The position numbers and the translations under genes are program-made. Below are positions 10,325 to 21,436 of a DNA stretch of 64,000 bases, piece after piece; the stretch's first letter is position 1, and each line of letters opens with the position of its first letter. Source of the stretch: Candidatus Thorarchaeota archaeon (GTDB taxonomy: Archaea; Asgardarchaeota; Thorarchaeia; Thorarchaeales; Thorarchaeaceae). Below the pieces are notes generated by a model. The model was not told where the DNA came from and did no database searches. It worked only from the letters and a program-made list of their open reading frames with translations. The DNA lies in contig JAWOEX010000028.1 of NCBI GenBank assembly GCA_046482545.1, positions 295,778 to 359,777 on the forward strand, in the 5' to 3' direction.

Positions 10325-11878
10325 ATGGAAATCAAAGCAGACCTTGTTGCCTTCAATGGCAATATCATTACTATGAACCCTGAACAACCGACTGCAACAT
10401 CTGTGGCAGTCAAGAGTTACAAGGTTCTGGCTGTAGGAAGCGATGATATGGTCATGGATCTGAGTTCTACGGCTAACAGGGTCATAGACCTTGGGGGTAA
10501 GACTGTTATCCCGGGTTTCGTTGATGCCCATTGCCATCTCACATCCAAAGGCATCCGGTCATCCTATGTCCATCTACAGGATACCACTTCACCCCAAGAG
10601 GTCATGAAGCGGTTGAAGGCGGAGATTCCCAATTACGACAAGGGTGAGTGGATAAGAGGCTACGGCTGGGATGAAAGCAATTGGGATGAAAAGCGTTATC
10701 TCACCAGAAAAGACTTGGATGAGGTCAGCAAAGAAAATCCCATAGCAATAGACCGTGTTGATTTACATCTTGCATCAGTGAATAGCATGGCCCTCGAAGA
10801 ACTAGGAATCAACCTCAACCAAGAAGGTGTAGAGAAGAACAAGAAAGGCAAACCTACTGGTGTGCTTAAAGACATAGAAGGGCTTTATGATAATATCAGA
10901 CCTAGCGATGATGATATCTACGAGGGGGTTATTGCCGGCAATAGACTAGCAAATGAAGTGGGTATAACTACTGCAATTGATAACGCTCCCGCAGGATACC
11001 TTCGAGAACTGCGTAGAGCAGAAAGAGCCAACAAACTCACTGCAAGAATGATTGTGAATCCTCCAGTAGCCCAGATAGATCATCTTACTGAGCTGGGTAT
11101 AACATCAGGAATGGGAGGTGGCATGGTTCGGATTGGTGGCGTCAAAATCTTCACCGACGGTTCGATTGGTGCCCGAACAGCAGCAGTTTCCGAGCCATAT
11201 GCTGATGACAAAGGCAACACCGGTAAACTGTTCATGGAAAAAGAGGAATTCTCAAGCATCATCGAAAAAGCTATGGAGAACGATGTTCAGACAGTTACAC
11301 ATGCAATTGGTGATCGTGCTATCGAGATGGTGATTTCCGCCTTTGAAAATTCAAGTTATCCTGACAGAATACGGAATCAACGCCATAGGATTGAACATGT
11401 CGAGATGATAAGCCTAGAACAGATCCGACGTGCCGCTAGTCTGGGACTGATACTTTCAATGCAACCCAACTTCGTCGGCAGGTGGCAGCAGAAGGCGGGG
11501 TTGTATATGGATAGACTAGGTGAAGATAGGGTTGCTACCATGAATATGTTCAAGGCAGCTATAGACAATAGTGCGCGGGTATGCTTTGGGTCAGACGGAA
11601 TGCCCCTAGGTCCAATATACGGAATATGGTCTGCAATATCCCACTACAACCCCAAAGTAAGGCTTGATGTTGAGGAGGCCCTTCGGTGCTATACCATGGA
11701 AGGGGCATATTCATCATTTGCCGAGAACATTGTTGGCAGCCTGAAAGAAGGAAAAAGAGCCGATTTTGTGATCCTCTCTGACAATATTCTTGAAGTACCG
11801 CCCGAAGACGTGCGTGATATTGAAGTGGAAATGACCATCGTCGGCGGCAATGTGGAATATACTGCAACGCAAACTTGA
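10325..11878 (+). CDS. Amidohydrolase 3 family (YtcJ-like) metal-dependent hydrolase
   Basis: PGFVDAHCH, KIFTDGS.GARTA, HAIGD, RIEH, GSD, GKRADFVIL. Confidence 0.9.
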   Translation: MEIKADLVAFNGNIITMNPEQPTATSVAVKSYKVLAVGSDDMVMDLSSTANRVIDLGGKTVIPGFVDAHCHLTSKGIRSSYVHLQDTTSPQEVMKRLKAEIPNYDKGEWIRGYGWDESNWDEKRYLTRKDLDEVSKENPIAIDRVDLHLASVNSMALEELGINLNQEGVEKNKKGKPTGVLKDIEGLYDNIRPSDDDIYEGVIAGNRLANEVGITTAIDNAPAGYLRELRRAERANKLTARMIVNPPVAQIDHLTELGITSGMGGGMVRIGGVKIFTDGSIGARTAAVSEPYADDKGNTGKLFMEKEEFSSIIEKAMENDVQTVTHAIGDRAIEMVISAFENSSYPDRIRNQRHRIEHVEMISLEQIRRAASLGLILSMQPNFVGRWQQKAGLYMDRLGEDRVATMNMFKAAIDNSARVCFGSDGMPLGPIYGIWSAISHYNPKVRLDVEEALRCYTMEGAYSSFAENIVGSLKEGKRADFVILSDNILEVPPEDVRDIEVEMTIVGGNVEYTATQT

Positions 11879-11892
11879 AGGAAGGAATTGAA

Positions 11893-13701
11893 ATGGGGGA
11901 AGTCCAGGTCCTAAGCTCGGACACGGTATCTCTCATTTCTGCAGGCGAGGTTATCGAGAGTCCTGCTTCAGTGGTAAAGGAGCTTATCGAAAATTCCCTT
12001 GACGCACAAGCTGACAGGATAACAGTACAAATAGATAGCGGCGGAATCAATCGCATCAGTGTTTCTGACAATGGCGTAGGTATTCTTAGAGATGATTTGC
12101 ACTGCTGTCTTGAACGATATTCTACCAGTAAAATTCGAGATAAAGAAGACTTGCAGTCGATATCCACATACGGATTTCGTGGAGAGGCACTCTCAAGTAT
12201 CGTTGCTGTTGCGGATGTGAGAATCAAGACAAGACGTGCTGGAGAAGACCTCGCCTATGAGATTGCAGCTAGTGATAATGACATCTCACAAGTACGAACA
12301 ACAAGTAGACCTACAGGGACAACGGTAACTGTTACCGATATTTTTCAAAGAGTGCCGGCGAGAAGAAAACACCTTGACGGAATCCGTGCTGAAAGTCGTA
12401 AGGTAACTGATGTAGTAAGGCAACATGCCATCATAAGAAATGACGTGGGATTCAAACTAGTCAGAGACAATAGCGTCGTTATGGATTGTCCGAAGGGTCA
12501 AAGCACAATAGATCGGGTATTGTGTGTTCTTGGATCAGAAATAGCAGCTGCAAGCACCACGATTGATTATACAGAGAATGGCATCGAAGTTACTGGCTTT
12601 GTAGCCCATCCCCTGCACTCAAGAGGAAATAGGGGCAGGGAATACATATCCGTAAGACGTAGACCAATATATAGCCAGAAGCTTGCCACTGCTATCGAAG
12701 CAGCCTATGGAACCCAGCTCATGAAAGGCCAATATCCCATTTGCTGCATAAATATAGAATTGGACCCACAGCAAGTTGACGAGAATGTTCATCCAAACAA
12801 ACGGGAAGTGAAGATTTGGAACGTAGCAGAAGTTCTCAAGACCGTTCGACTGGCTGTCGAGATTGCTCTCGACAAAAGAGAAACGGCTACTGTTCCAACA
12901 GCACAGGACAGGATAAAGATTCCACAATCAGGCCAAACAGAGATTGAATCCTCTGTTGAAACTGCCGAAGGAAGCAGCAGACAGGAGGAGCTTGCCCAGG
13001 GAGCGCCGCTACTTGAACAGGTATCGCTTCAGCCTCTTGGCGATTCCACGATGGAACCTGAAGAAGTGGTATCCGGCCTGTTCAGAGTACTCGGTCAAAT
13101 CCACAAACTCTACATCCTTCTTGAGGTTGAAGAGGGGCTGCTCATTGTTGATCAACATGCTGCTCATGAACGAATTCTATACGAACAATTACGAGAAGAA
13201 GTAGATATGGGACCTAGTTCGGTCCAAGAACTCCTTGAGCCTATCGTCCTGAATATGAACAAGGAAGATATCGAGGAAATAATGAAACGAAAAGACGCCC
13301 TTCAGACCTTGGGTTATTCCTTAGAACGCTTCGGGGATAGAGAGATTCTTGTTTCTACGATTCCCGACGTGCTTGGTAATAGGGGATCAAAGGATGAACT
13401 GGTTTCCCTGATTGATAGAATCCTTGATATCAACGAGAAATACGGAACAGAGAAATTCGAAGACGCATTGCTCAAGGTGACGACGTGTCACTCAGCAATT
13501 CGTGCGGGAGAATACCTCAGTAAGAAGGAATCCAAGGAATTGGTGCTAAATCTTCTCCACACAAAGAACAGATTCAATTGCTGTCACGGAAGGCCTTCTA
13601 TGATGCTTCTTTCAAAGGATACGCTTGACAAGGCAATTGGGAGAAAAGGCCCTAAAGCAATTTTGCGATACATGGCACGACATCGAGTAGAGCCTGAATA
13701 G
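11893..13701 (+). CDS. mutL: DNA mismatch repair endonuclease MutL
   Basis: AGEVIE.PASVVKELIENSLDA, GFRGEAL, D.NVHP.K.EV; endonuclease motifs DQHAAHERILYE and CCHGRP. Confidence 0.97.
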   Translation: MGEVQVLSSDTVSLISAGEVIESPASVVKELIENSLDAQADRITVQIDSGGINRISVSDNGVGILRDDLHCCLERYSTSKIRDKEDLQSISTYGFRGEALSSIVAVADVRIKTRRAGEDLAYEIAASDNDISQVRTTSRPTGTTVTVTDIFQRVPARRKHLDGIRAESRKVTDVVRQHAIIRNDVGFKLVRDNSVVMDCPKGQSTIDRVLCVLGSEIAAASTTIDYTENGIEVTGFVAHPLHSRGNRGREYISVRRRPIYSQKLATAIEAAYGTQLMKGQYPICCINIELDPQQVDENVHPNKREVKIWNVAEVLKTVRLAVEIALDKRETATVPTAQDRIKIPQSGQTEIESSVETAEGSSRQEELAQGAPLLEQVSLQPLGDSTMEPEEVVSGLFRVLGQIHKLYILLEVEEGLLIVDQHAAHERILYEQLREEVDMGPSSVQELLEPIVLNMNKEDIEEIMKRKDALQTLGYSLERFGDREILVSTIPDVLGNRGSKDELVSLIDRILDINEKYGTEKFEDALLKVTTCHSAIRAGEYLSKKESKELVLNLLHTKNRFNCCHGRPSMMLLSKDTLDKAIGRKGPKAILRYMARHRVEPE

Positions 13702-13838
13702 AATCAGTCCTTTATCAAGATTCCCAAAAAAAAGCGAAGATTTTTACTAGATAAAGTAGTATATTTTTACCAGAATACTCGTGGCTGAACTACAAGTTTC
13801 TTGTGTGACATGTATCAGGCCAGCGGGGACGGAATAAT

Positions 13839-14246
13839 ATGGCTGGCACGACCTGGTGGATAGCTAAAGAGTATCTTAAGAGGTTGGAAATCAACTTTGA
13901 GGAACACGGGAAAAAGACATTCAGCCTGTTTCCAACTACTCGCACGAAAACAGAAGAAATAGAGGTCTTTCCCGGCAAACAGTGGATAACGTTGACAACT
14001 AGATTGGCTGACCTTTCATCTCTTCAAGAGAGCAATCGACTTGAGTTCTATGAGCGCATTCTGAAAGCAAATGCCAAACTAGCAGAAGTCAATTTTGGGG
14101 TCGATAAGAGGGGTTATCTCATAATACGCAATGTTATACCCGTTACAGGCATAAGTTTCGATTCATTCAACTCCATTTACAAGGCGCATTTGGTGGGAGC
14201 AGAATTTTTCAAAGAAAAGCTTCTGCCGGAGATTGAAACACAGTAG
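13839..14246 (+). CDS. YbjN/T3SS-chaperone-like domain protein
   Basis: 135 aa with the pattern LL.AN...VNFGVD..G.LII typical of the YbjN/CesT fold. Confidence 0.55.
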   Translation: MAGTTWWIAKEYLKRLEINFEEHGKKTFSLFPTTRTKTEEIEVFPGKQWITLTTRLADLSSLQESNRLEFYERILKANAKLAEVNFGVDKRGYLIIRNVIPVTGISFDSFNSIYKAHLVGAEFFKEKLLPEIETQ

Positions 14247-14249
14247 ATT

Positions 14250-14279
14250 AAAAAAAGAGAAGAGGGGGAAACCCCCCTA
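14250..14279 (-). terminator. Hairpin plus U-rich tract after the giant surface protein gene
   Basis: Minus strand GGGGG-UUU-CCCCC followed by UCUUCUCUUUUUUU, just after the stop at 14288. Confidence 0.6.
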
Positions 14280-14287
14280 CGTTTATT

Positions 14288-17200
14288 CTATCCCTGTCGG
14301 CGCTTGATAAGCACAACGATTACTATTACCGCAAGTGCACCTCCAGCAATCAAGACCAAGACATCAGGTCCGAGTCCGCCACCAGGTCCAGTAGGTTGAG
14401 AAGTCGTGGTTGTAGTCGTTACTAATCCTTGTCCAACGATATACGATAGGACAGCAGATGTTGCTTCTCCTGCAGAGGTGTAGACGACAATCTGGAAAAA
14501 GACCTCTGTGTCTTCGGGATAGCCCTGAATGTCACCCACATAATGATTGGTAGCGTCGCACCACATGCCGGAAACTGAGCTCAAATCATCTGAGCTCGTG
14601 CCATAATGGATTTCGACATTATCTATCTGCTCCTCACTGTAGATGTCCACACCAACCGATACAGGTTCATTTGGTTGTGGTACTTGAGGATCTATCGTCA
14701 AAGATCCAAATTGGACACCACCCGGCTGAGCAGACGTTCCAGAATTGGATACATAGCTGACGAAAACAGGGTCTTGGTAGACACTGTATCCCTGCCACTC
14801 AGGGAATCCGATGGTCACATAGTACATGTTCGAGCTGAATGTCCAAGCCGTGGCTGAACGACCCGAGCTCGATTCGTATGCCGATCGGAATGTTCCAAGC
14901 GGAGTGGTATGACTGACTACGTCATACGGAGCACTTGTGTTCTTGCTCCAATCATAGGTGACCCCGCCCATAATCATTTCCGCAAAGCGGGCACCCGAAG
15001 TCTCAAACTCGAAGGTTTCAGAGCTCACTGTCTGCTCGTTGTCGGACAGGGTTCCGTTTGCCTTGAATGCGAAATCGGACATCGATACTTCGGCGAAGTA
15101 GTTCAAACCAAGAGACTTGTTCTCTAGATTGTCCCGACCGCCTATCATGTCGACTGACCAGTCACCAACAGTATTGTCAACTTTGAGATCTGCCCAGTTG
15201 TTGGTAGCATCGGCTGTCTCGTTGACGTGACCTTGGAAGTGAACCAAGAAGGACAGTTCATCGACGGTCACCTTGGTTGGTCTCTCATCGAAGGTTCTAT
15301 AATCTGAACCCTCCTGGACACCGTCGTACCAGCCCCAGTACCCTTCCATCGTGCAAGGATAGACCGTTCCGTTGATGTCCTCGAAGGTCACACCCCATGT
15401 CACCTCATCGGTAAGGTTCACACGAATGTCACCAGAGTCATCAGTGTTGCCGAATCTCTCACCAGGCTTCACAAAGGATACGTTGGCAACGGACTTGGGC
15501 ATCAAATAGTGGCTCAATTCACCACTCCCTGGATTTGTAAGGTCGACATCCATCTCACTGTTGTTGTTCATGTCCTCCCATATTAGGAGACCACTGTATT
15601 CGTAGTGCATGCCGATATTGAGGTAATGCTCCACATCGTCCTCGACTGTCGAGACTCCGTAGTCTTGACCAACTCCAAAGGATAGCCAAGTCCATGTTTG
15701 TTCGTTTGACGTAATCCAATCATAGCCCTTCTCTTCGGCTTCAGCAACGATATCAGTCCAGGTAACGTTCTTTGCCATCCAAGCAATGTCCCAGTATCCA
15801 GGCTCGGGCTTACCTTCTTCGGTTCGAACTGTGCTGTTAATCTCGCTCCACTCAGTCTGATTGACGAGTTCCATTGTTTGAGCATCATACCAATAGAAGG
15901 TTTGGTTCCACTCGTAACTCCAAGTGAAGGTATCCAAACCCATCCACGATTGTAGATGCATCTCGTCACCGTATAGGGTGCCATTGGGATCCCAGTCAAC
16001 ACCAACCCACATCTTCTCCCACTCATGAGTCCATGAGTCAGTGGAAGAATACGCCTCTCGGATGTAGTATTGGTCATCGGTGGTGTCAAGATTTCCGTCG
16101 AGGTCAAGAGCGCCATTCTCCGGATTTGTGGTCCATTTCTTGACTCCCCACATACCCCACTCAGGAGTGCCCAGGACAATGTCGTAGACATTCCTATACA
16201 CAGCGCTTTGGATTGGCTGAGGACCGTACACTAAGTCGTAACCCCAGCGTTCCCGCATCCTGTATATGTTCTCCTTGGAGGCATAAGCAGTCACATTCGA
16301 ACCCTCATACGAGAAGCTGTAAATCTCGTGTGACTCCTGAATATCCACAAATAGGTCTCCACTGTATGTAGCATTGTGGACATACCAAGTATCTTTCCAA
16401 TAACCTTCCCACTCCCACAGGTACGTCTCAGCCATGAAATCAAAATAGTTCATGCCTGTGGTCTCATTGTAATAGACCATAACACTGTGAGTATCAAGTA
16501 CTGGTAGATCCTGATAGCCAGTCATGTTGATCATTGTACCATTCAATGCTTCATAGTAGTGGAAACTCTCATTATCACTGTCAAACCATAAAGGCCACTC
16601 ATTCAGAGAGTAGAACACGTCTCCAGAGTACTCGTACTCGTAGAGGCGAAGCAGCTGAGTAGAATTGACTATCCAAGTAGTCCCATTTGTGAGGGTGATG
16701 TAGTCATAGGCCCCATCAGGACCACTGCCCTCACTAGGCCAAGAGTCACCATATTCGGTCGTATAATTGACCAAACCGATTTGAGTAAACAAAAGGCTAT
16801 CATCGTAAGTACCCATTGGAGCACTCCACCCAGCGCTAGTCGGATTCCAGATGTGAGTGCCGTTCGCTGTAGTATGCAGTGGAAGTGGATCCAGCAGAAT
16901 CAATGAGTATGTCTCTCCACCTATGTCTGTGAAATAGTCGTAAGACAAATTGTAAACAGGATACCAGGTTCCATTGACGGAGACTGATTTGGTTGTAGGT
17001 ACCAATCCACCTTCGTTCTGCTTGTTGTTCAAATCGGAATGCCAATCTGCATTAGCACCAGGATAAGGCATCTCGTGTTTGACACCATTGATTTCGGTGA
17101 ACCAGAACTTGTGTGTTTCCCAAGTGAAAAGCTTGACAGTTGAACTGTCATATTCGGCTTCAAAGTAGTGCTTGGGCCATGACACTCGATACCAGTGTCC

Positions 17201-19597
17201 GTCTATAGTTGTATAGTACCACCCGTCAGTTTCGTTATATTGTAGGTTATACAAGTTGCCATCAATGTCAGTCATGTAGTAAGAACTTGTTCTGCTATCC
17301 CATCTCCAATCCTCAGCCAGCTCGAGCGTATTGCTTTCGCCGTATCGAACGATCCACCCTTCATTTTGCCAGCCAAAATCAACATTGTCGTAGTACTCGA
17401 TGTTGACGTTGCTGCTGTAATCTGCATAATCATCCCAACTCGTTCCTTGGTGTAGTACTCCGTCAAGGTCTAACCAGCTGTAGTAGGACTCGCCCCCGTA
17501 GTTCCAATGATGATGGTATTTCATTGCAGTAAGGAAGGATTCACCAGTGCCAAGTGTGACATTGTAGATATGGACTGTTTCTTCAAAGGTCACATAGACC
17601 ATAGTTCCGTTGACAAGCTCGTATGTATAGACATCGGTGTCTGTTTCAGGGTCGTAGTGGTCATACATGAGCATGTTCTCATACGTCTCTCCGTTCCATG
17701 AATCATAGGTCTCGTGGACCTCGATTGGTAGATTCTCACCGTCAATCTCGATGTATGGTGAGCTTCTCCCAAGCAGGATTTCATCACCAGTTTGAGCACA
17801 CAGAACATCATTCTTGAAAGCTAGTTGAGGCTGAGCTGTTTCCATGAATACCTCCTTACCTTCGTGTTCAAACGAGTAAATCCACTCACGATCCCAGCTC
17901 TTGACTTCGTGTTGACCATAATCACTGGAGTAATCCTCGTACCATGTATCATTCATGAATGCGAAGTTCCACCAGTAATTGGTTTCAGGAACAACTTCAG
18001 ACATGTTCACCAACCATGAGACATAGAGATCGCCCCCATTTGTCCATGTGGAGAAGTTCGAAGTCGTGCAGAAAGTTGAGTTCACCTTTGTGTACGCACT
18101 TCGGCGGTTAATCCACTCTTCTTGCCACTGTTCGGTCTTTTGGTTATAGAACCACGAGGCCCAGTGCCATCCCTCAACTTCTTTCCACTGCCATTCAGTG
18201 TAGTTACCATACACCCAGTCCCATGTGTCGGTTGTCGTGTTGTAGACATAGTGCCATCCTGTGACATTCACCTTGACATAATCGTGGTAACTGCCGTATG
18301 TGTAATTCTGCTTCTCAGTGAAATTGAAAGCGCTAAATGTCGGAGTACCATTAATATCATAGTCGACGGTATAAATCAGCTGTGACCAGCGCGACTCGTT
18401 TTCAGTCCAGTAGCCATCGCTTGTCTCTAGACTGAATTGTGCACCATCAATGTCATCTGCAATGGCGCCACCTCCCTGAAGTCGGCCCTTAACCATGAAA
18501 TCTTCACTCTTCTCTACCGCAAACATCCAGCTGTCAGGTGATTGACCGTCGGCGGTGAGAATCTTAGCAAGTGTCACTGGGCTCTCAATGGTAATCTCCT
18601 TGGCCATCTGATATTCCTGATCGGTTTGACGAGCAGTCTCACCATAGGTATCAGCCCAATAACGATTGTTTTCAGGTCCCATAACCAAGTCTTTGAATCG
18701 GAAACCTGAGTATTGGTCCGTCTTAGGCATCTCTTCAGTGAAGTGACCAACGAAATCCACACTAAATGCAGTATCGGTTTCCCGTGTGGTGCAAAGCGGC
18801 TCATTCAGTTCGTAGAAATTCGGTAGATCTTCTGGGAGAGGTTCATAGACGGTTATCTCTCGGTTCCATTCATCCTCAACGAGGTGATCGTATGGATAAC
18901 CCCAGTAGGTGTAACCATAATATCTATCCCAAGTACCACCAGCAGTTACGTTGTAAACATAGAACAGCTGTCTATCTACCCATCGAGTCTCATTGACGAC
19001 TTCCTTAGTCCAAGTTCCAGTATCTTCGTCCCATGTCTCGTTAAGCCAGTATATGTCTACTTCGTCTGAAGTGCCAAGATCAACCCACTTCCTTTGCTGG
19101 TGCTCACCATACACTTCATCCATGTAGGTGACTTCTAGGCTCTCATTCCAGATATATGTGTCTAATGAGTCATCATATGTCCAGCCACCATAGTCTGTAA
19201 TGTCTTCTGTGTGCCAGCCAGTAGTATTTACCCATGTCTCAATACCATCAGGCATATTGAATCCAAGTTGAACATAGCTGGGAGTATCGCCTGTGATATT
19301 GTATCGCATAATGAAGTCTGTTCCTCGACTCACAGAATATAGTGAATCGCCCTCCAAATCGACTTTCTCGAGGGTATAGGAACCACCTTTAGACCAGCTC
19401 CAAGCTTCCGAAGGCGACATGCCAACAGAAACTCCTTGGAATTCGTAGCCCGAAGCATATCCATAAGAACTGATACTATTGTAATCAGTATCCATGACGT
19501 CCATGTGCAATTCATAAAGACCCAAAGGTGCATCAGTAGTGAACTTCACAGCGAAATTCACGTAAAAGGCGCTTGAGTCACTGTGATTCGAACAATC
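14288..19597 (-). pseudogene. C-terminal 1769 aa of an IS-interrupted giant acidic Tyr/Trp-rich cell-surface protein
   Basis: Open frame ending in an Ig-like domain, Thr-rich linker, TM helix and KRRQG; joins in frame to 20593-21171 once the IS and one TSD copy are removed. Confidence 0.92.
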
Positions 19598-19606
19598 ATC
19601 AACAAC
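19598..19606. repeat. 9-bp target-site duplication ATCAACAAC (second copy at 20593-20601)
   Basis: Identical 9-mer directly flanks both TIRs. Confidence 0.97.
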
Positions 19607-20592
19607 GGCTCTGTAAAATAATTCATCGTGCAGCACACTCCAGGAAATTCACCTGTTGGATGTTGTGGAGGAGGACTTTGATCAACAGCTCTCGTCGCCG
19701 CTCTTTGTACCCCCTCGAGCTCAGACTTCCACCGAATCGTACCTTCAGCATGCTGAACACTGTTTCTGCAAGGCTTCGCTGGCCGTACTCATGTGTCCGT
19801 TTCCACTCATCCGGGTTCGCTTTATACTCCCGCAGCAACCGCCCGTATCCTCTGTGACCCCGGGATCGAGCTCGTAGGTTCTGTTTGGGTTCGATAGCCG
19901 GGTAGGCACCCAGCTCGGTTACGAACTGAGCGTTCTTTCTGGAGATGTAGGCCTTGTCACCGTAGACCGTTGCAAGATGGCTAGCTGGCACCCGTCGCAA
20001 CAGGGAAACCAGGTGCTTGGCATCTCCTCCGGGTCGAACTCGAACCCGGGCGGCATGAACCAGTAAGCTATCAGTGTCCACGGCCGCGTGAAGGGCATGG
20101 AACCGTCGTCTCCGCGTCGTGTTGAACCGCACAGACGACCACTCACCACCAGTCCCATGGGAGAAGCCAGTGGCGTCCACGGCGACCCGTCTGGGTGGAG
20201 GGCGCCTCCTGGCAACAATCTCGTACAGCCGGTGAAGGCGCCGGGTATCCAGTCGTTTGAGAGCTCCGTTGAGGAGGGTGTGGCTGGGTGGACGTTGAAG
20301 ACCCAGTCGATTGAGGAGCTCTGGCTGGAGGGCAAGCCAGGCTACGAAATCACGGTACCCCAGGCCTGCATCGAATTTGAGGCCGAGGAGAACAAACAGC
20401 ACCGGGAGCGGGAACTCCACCGGTCGGCCACAGTGAGACCGGACATCCGGGATGGTATTGCAAAGGCTCATAAGCTCTTGAAGGAGATAGTGAAAACGGC
20501 GAGCTTTGGCCGCGTTGTATGACCTATCGTAAGCCATAAATCATACGCCGTGGGCGACTCGCCTCTTAATCCTTGTATTATTTTACAGAGCC
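19607..20592 (-). mobile_element. IS5-family insertion sequence, IS903-like, 986 bp
   Basis: Perfect 16-bp TIR GGCTCTGTAAAATAAT (19607-19622; reverse complement at 20577-20592), 9-bp TSD, single DDE transposase, visibly higher GC than the flanks. Confidence 0.96.
19623..20537 (-). CDS. IS5-family DDE transposase (304 aa)
   Basis: AVDATGF (D), YGDKAY (D), YGQRSLAETVFSMLK (YREK-type motif with E). Confidence 0.95.
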   Translation of the reverse strand: MAYDRSYNAAKARRFHYLLQELMSLCNTIPDVRSHCGRPVEFPLPVLFVLLGLKFDAGLGYRDFVAWLALQPELLNRLGLQRPPSHTLLNGALKRLDTRRLHRLYEIVARRRPPPRRVAVDATGFSHGTGGEWSSVRFNTTRRRRFHALHAAVDTDSLLVHAARVRVRPGGDAKHLVSLLRRVPASHLATVYGDKAYISRKNAQFVTELGAYPAIEPKQNLRARSRGHRGYGRLLREYKANPDEWKRTHEYGQRSLAETVFSMLKVRFGGSLSSRGYKERRRELLIKVLLHNIQQVNFLECAAR

Positions 20593-21171
20593 ATCAACAA
20601 CCAAATCAATAAATGAAGGCAGCATTTCACCTTCTTCTTCACTTTCATTCCACTGGCTGCTATATGCAGACCAAACGTCTCCCCAGCCTTCAGACCGAAA
20701 AGTCATACCAAAGTCCGCTGAGAAGTTCCAATCTGGGGTCATATACCAACCATTGATTCTTACTTCGCTGAGGCTCGCATCTTCTGTGAAGATGCTCTTG
20801 GGAATAGTTGTTTGAAAAGTGAGAATCTCCCCTATCTCAGCATAGCTGTCATCAGCAACTTCGCTTCCGTTCTCGTGAAAAATTTTGAACTCCGGACTTG
20901 GTCCGAAAAGCCAGTTCTGATGCTCCCAGGTCCATTCGTCGCTTGTGCTATTCTTGTCTGAATCCCAGTGGACGTAAGTACCATTCTGTGGCTCTTCCGA
21001 ATAAGTCTCATTTTCGCCAGGATCCTCCTGAGAAAATGTGTACATTATCGGAGTATCTTGCTGACCAGATGAAATTCTAGCCATGTTAGAACCGGCATAA
21101 GCAAATGATACCATGAACAAGAGAATAGCGATTGTAGAAAATAGTATGTGTTGTCTATCTGTGTGTCGCAT
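20593..21171 (-). pseudogene. N-terminal 193 aa (with signal peptide) of the IS-interrupted giant surface protein
   Basis: Hydrophobic signal ILFSTIAILLFMVSFAYA; reads ...SFIDLVVD and then enters the TIR, where TAA at 20578-20580 ends the frame. Confidence 0.92.
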
Positions 21172-21436
21172 GTTAATCTAAATCCCCTACGCTTTCCCAG
21201 CAGCATTCAATCTTTCTGAGCTTGCATACGTTCAAGCATAAGGTAGCAAAAGCATAGATTGATGCATGGGGAGCGCGGCATTAATCATACTATGAAGGGC
21301 TTCTTTACGATGAGATATAAAATAAGCTTGCATGAATTGAAACAAACTAATTCCACGTAAGGGAACCGAGTTCTTGCCAACTCTGGGGCACCAAACACAT
21401 CCTAAGTTTCGGGCACCAATCTATTTGCTAATAGAT

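Noticed and set aside
19598-19636. ORF-track start (GTG 19636) of the 1782-aa ORF as a genuine gene start
   Set aside because: The first 10 codons lie inside the IS, and the real N-terminus with signal peptide is at 21171.
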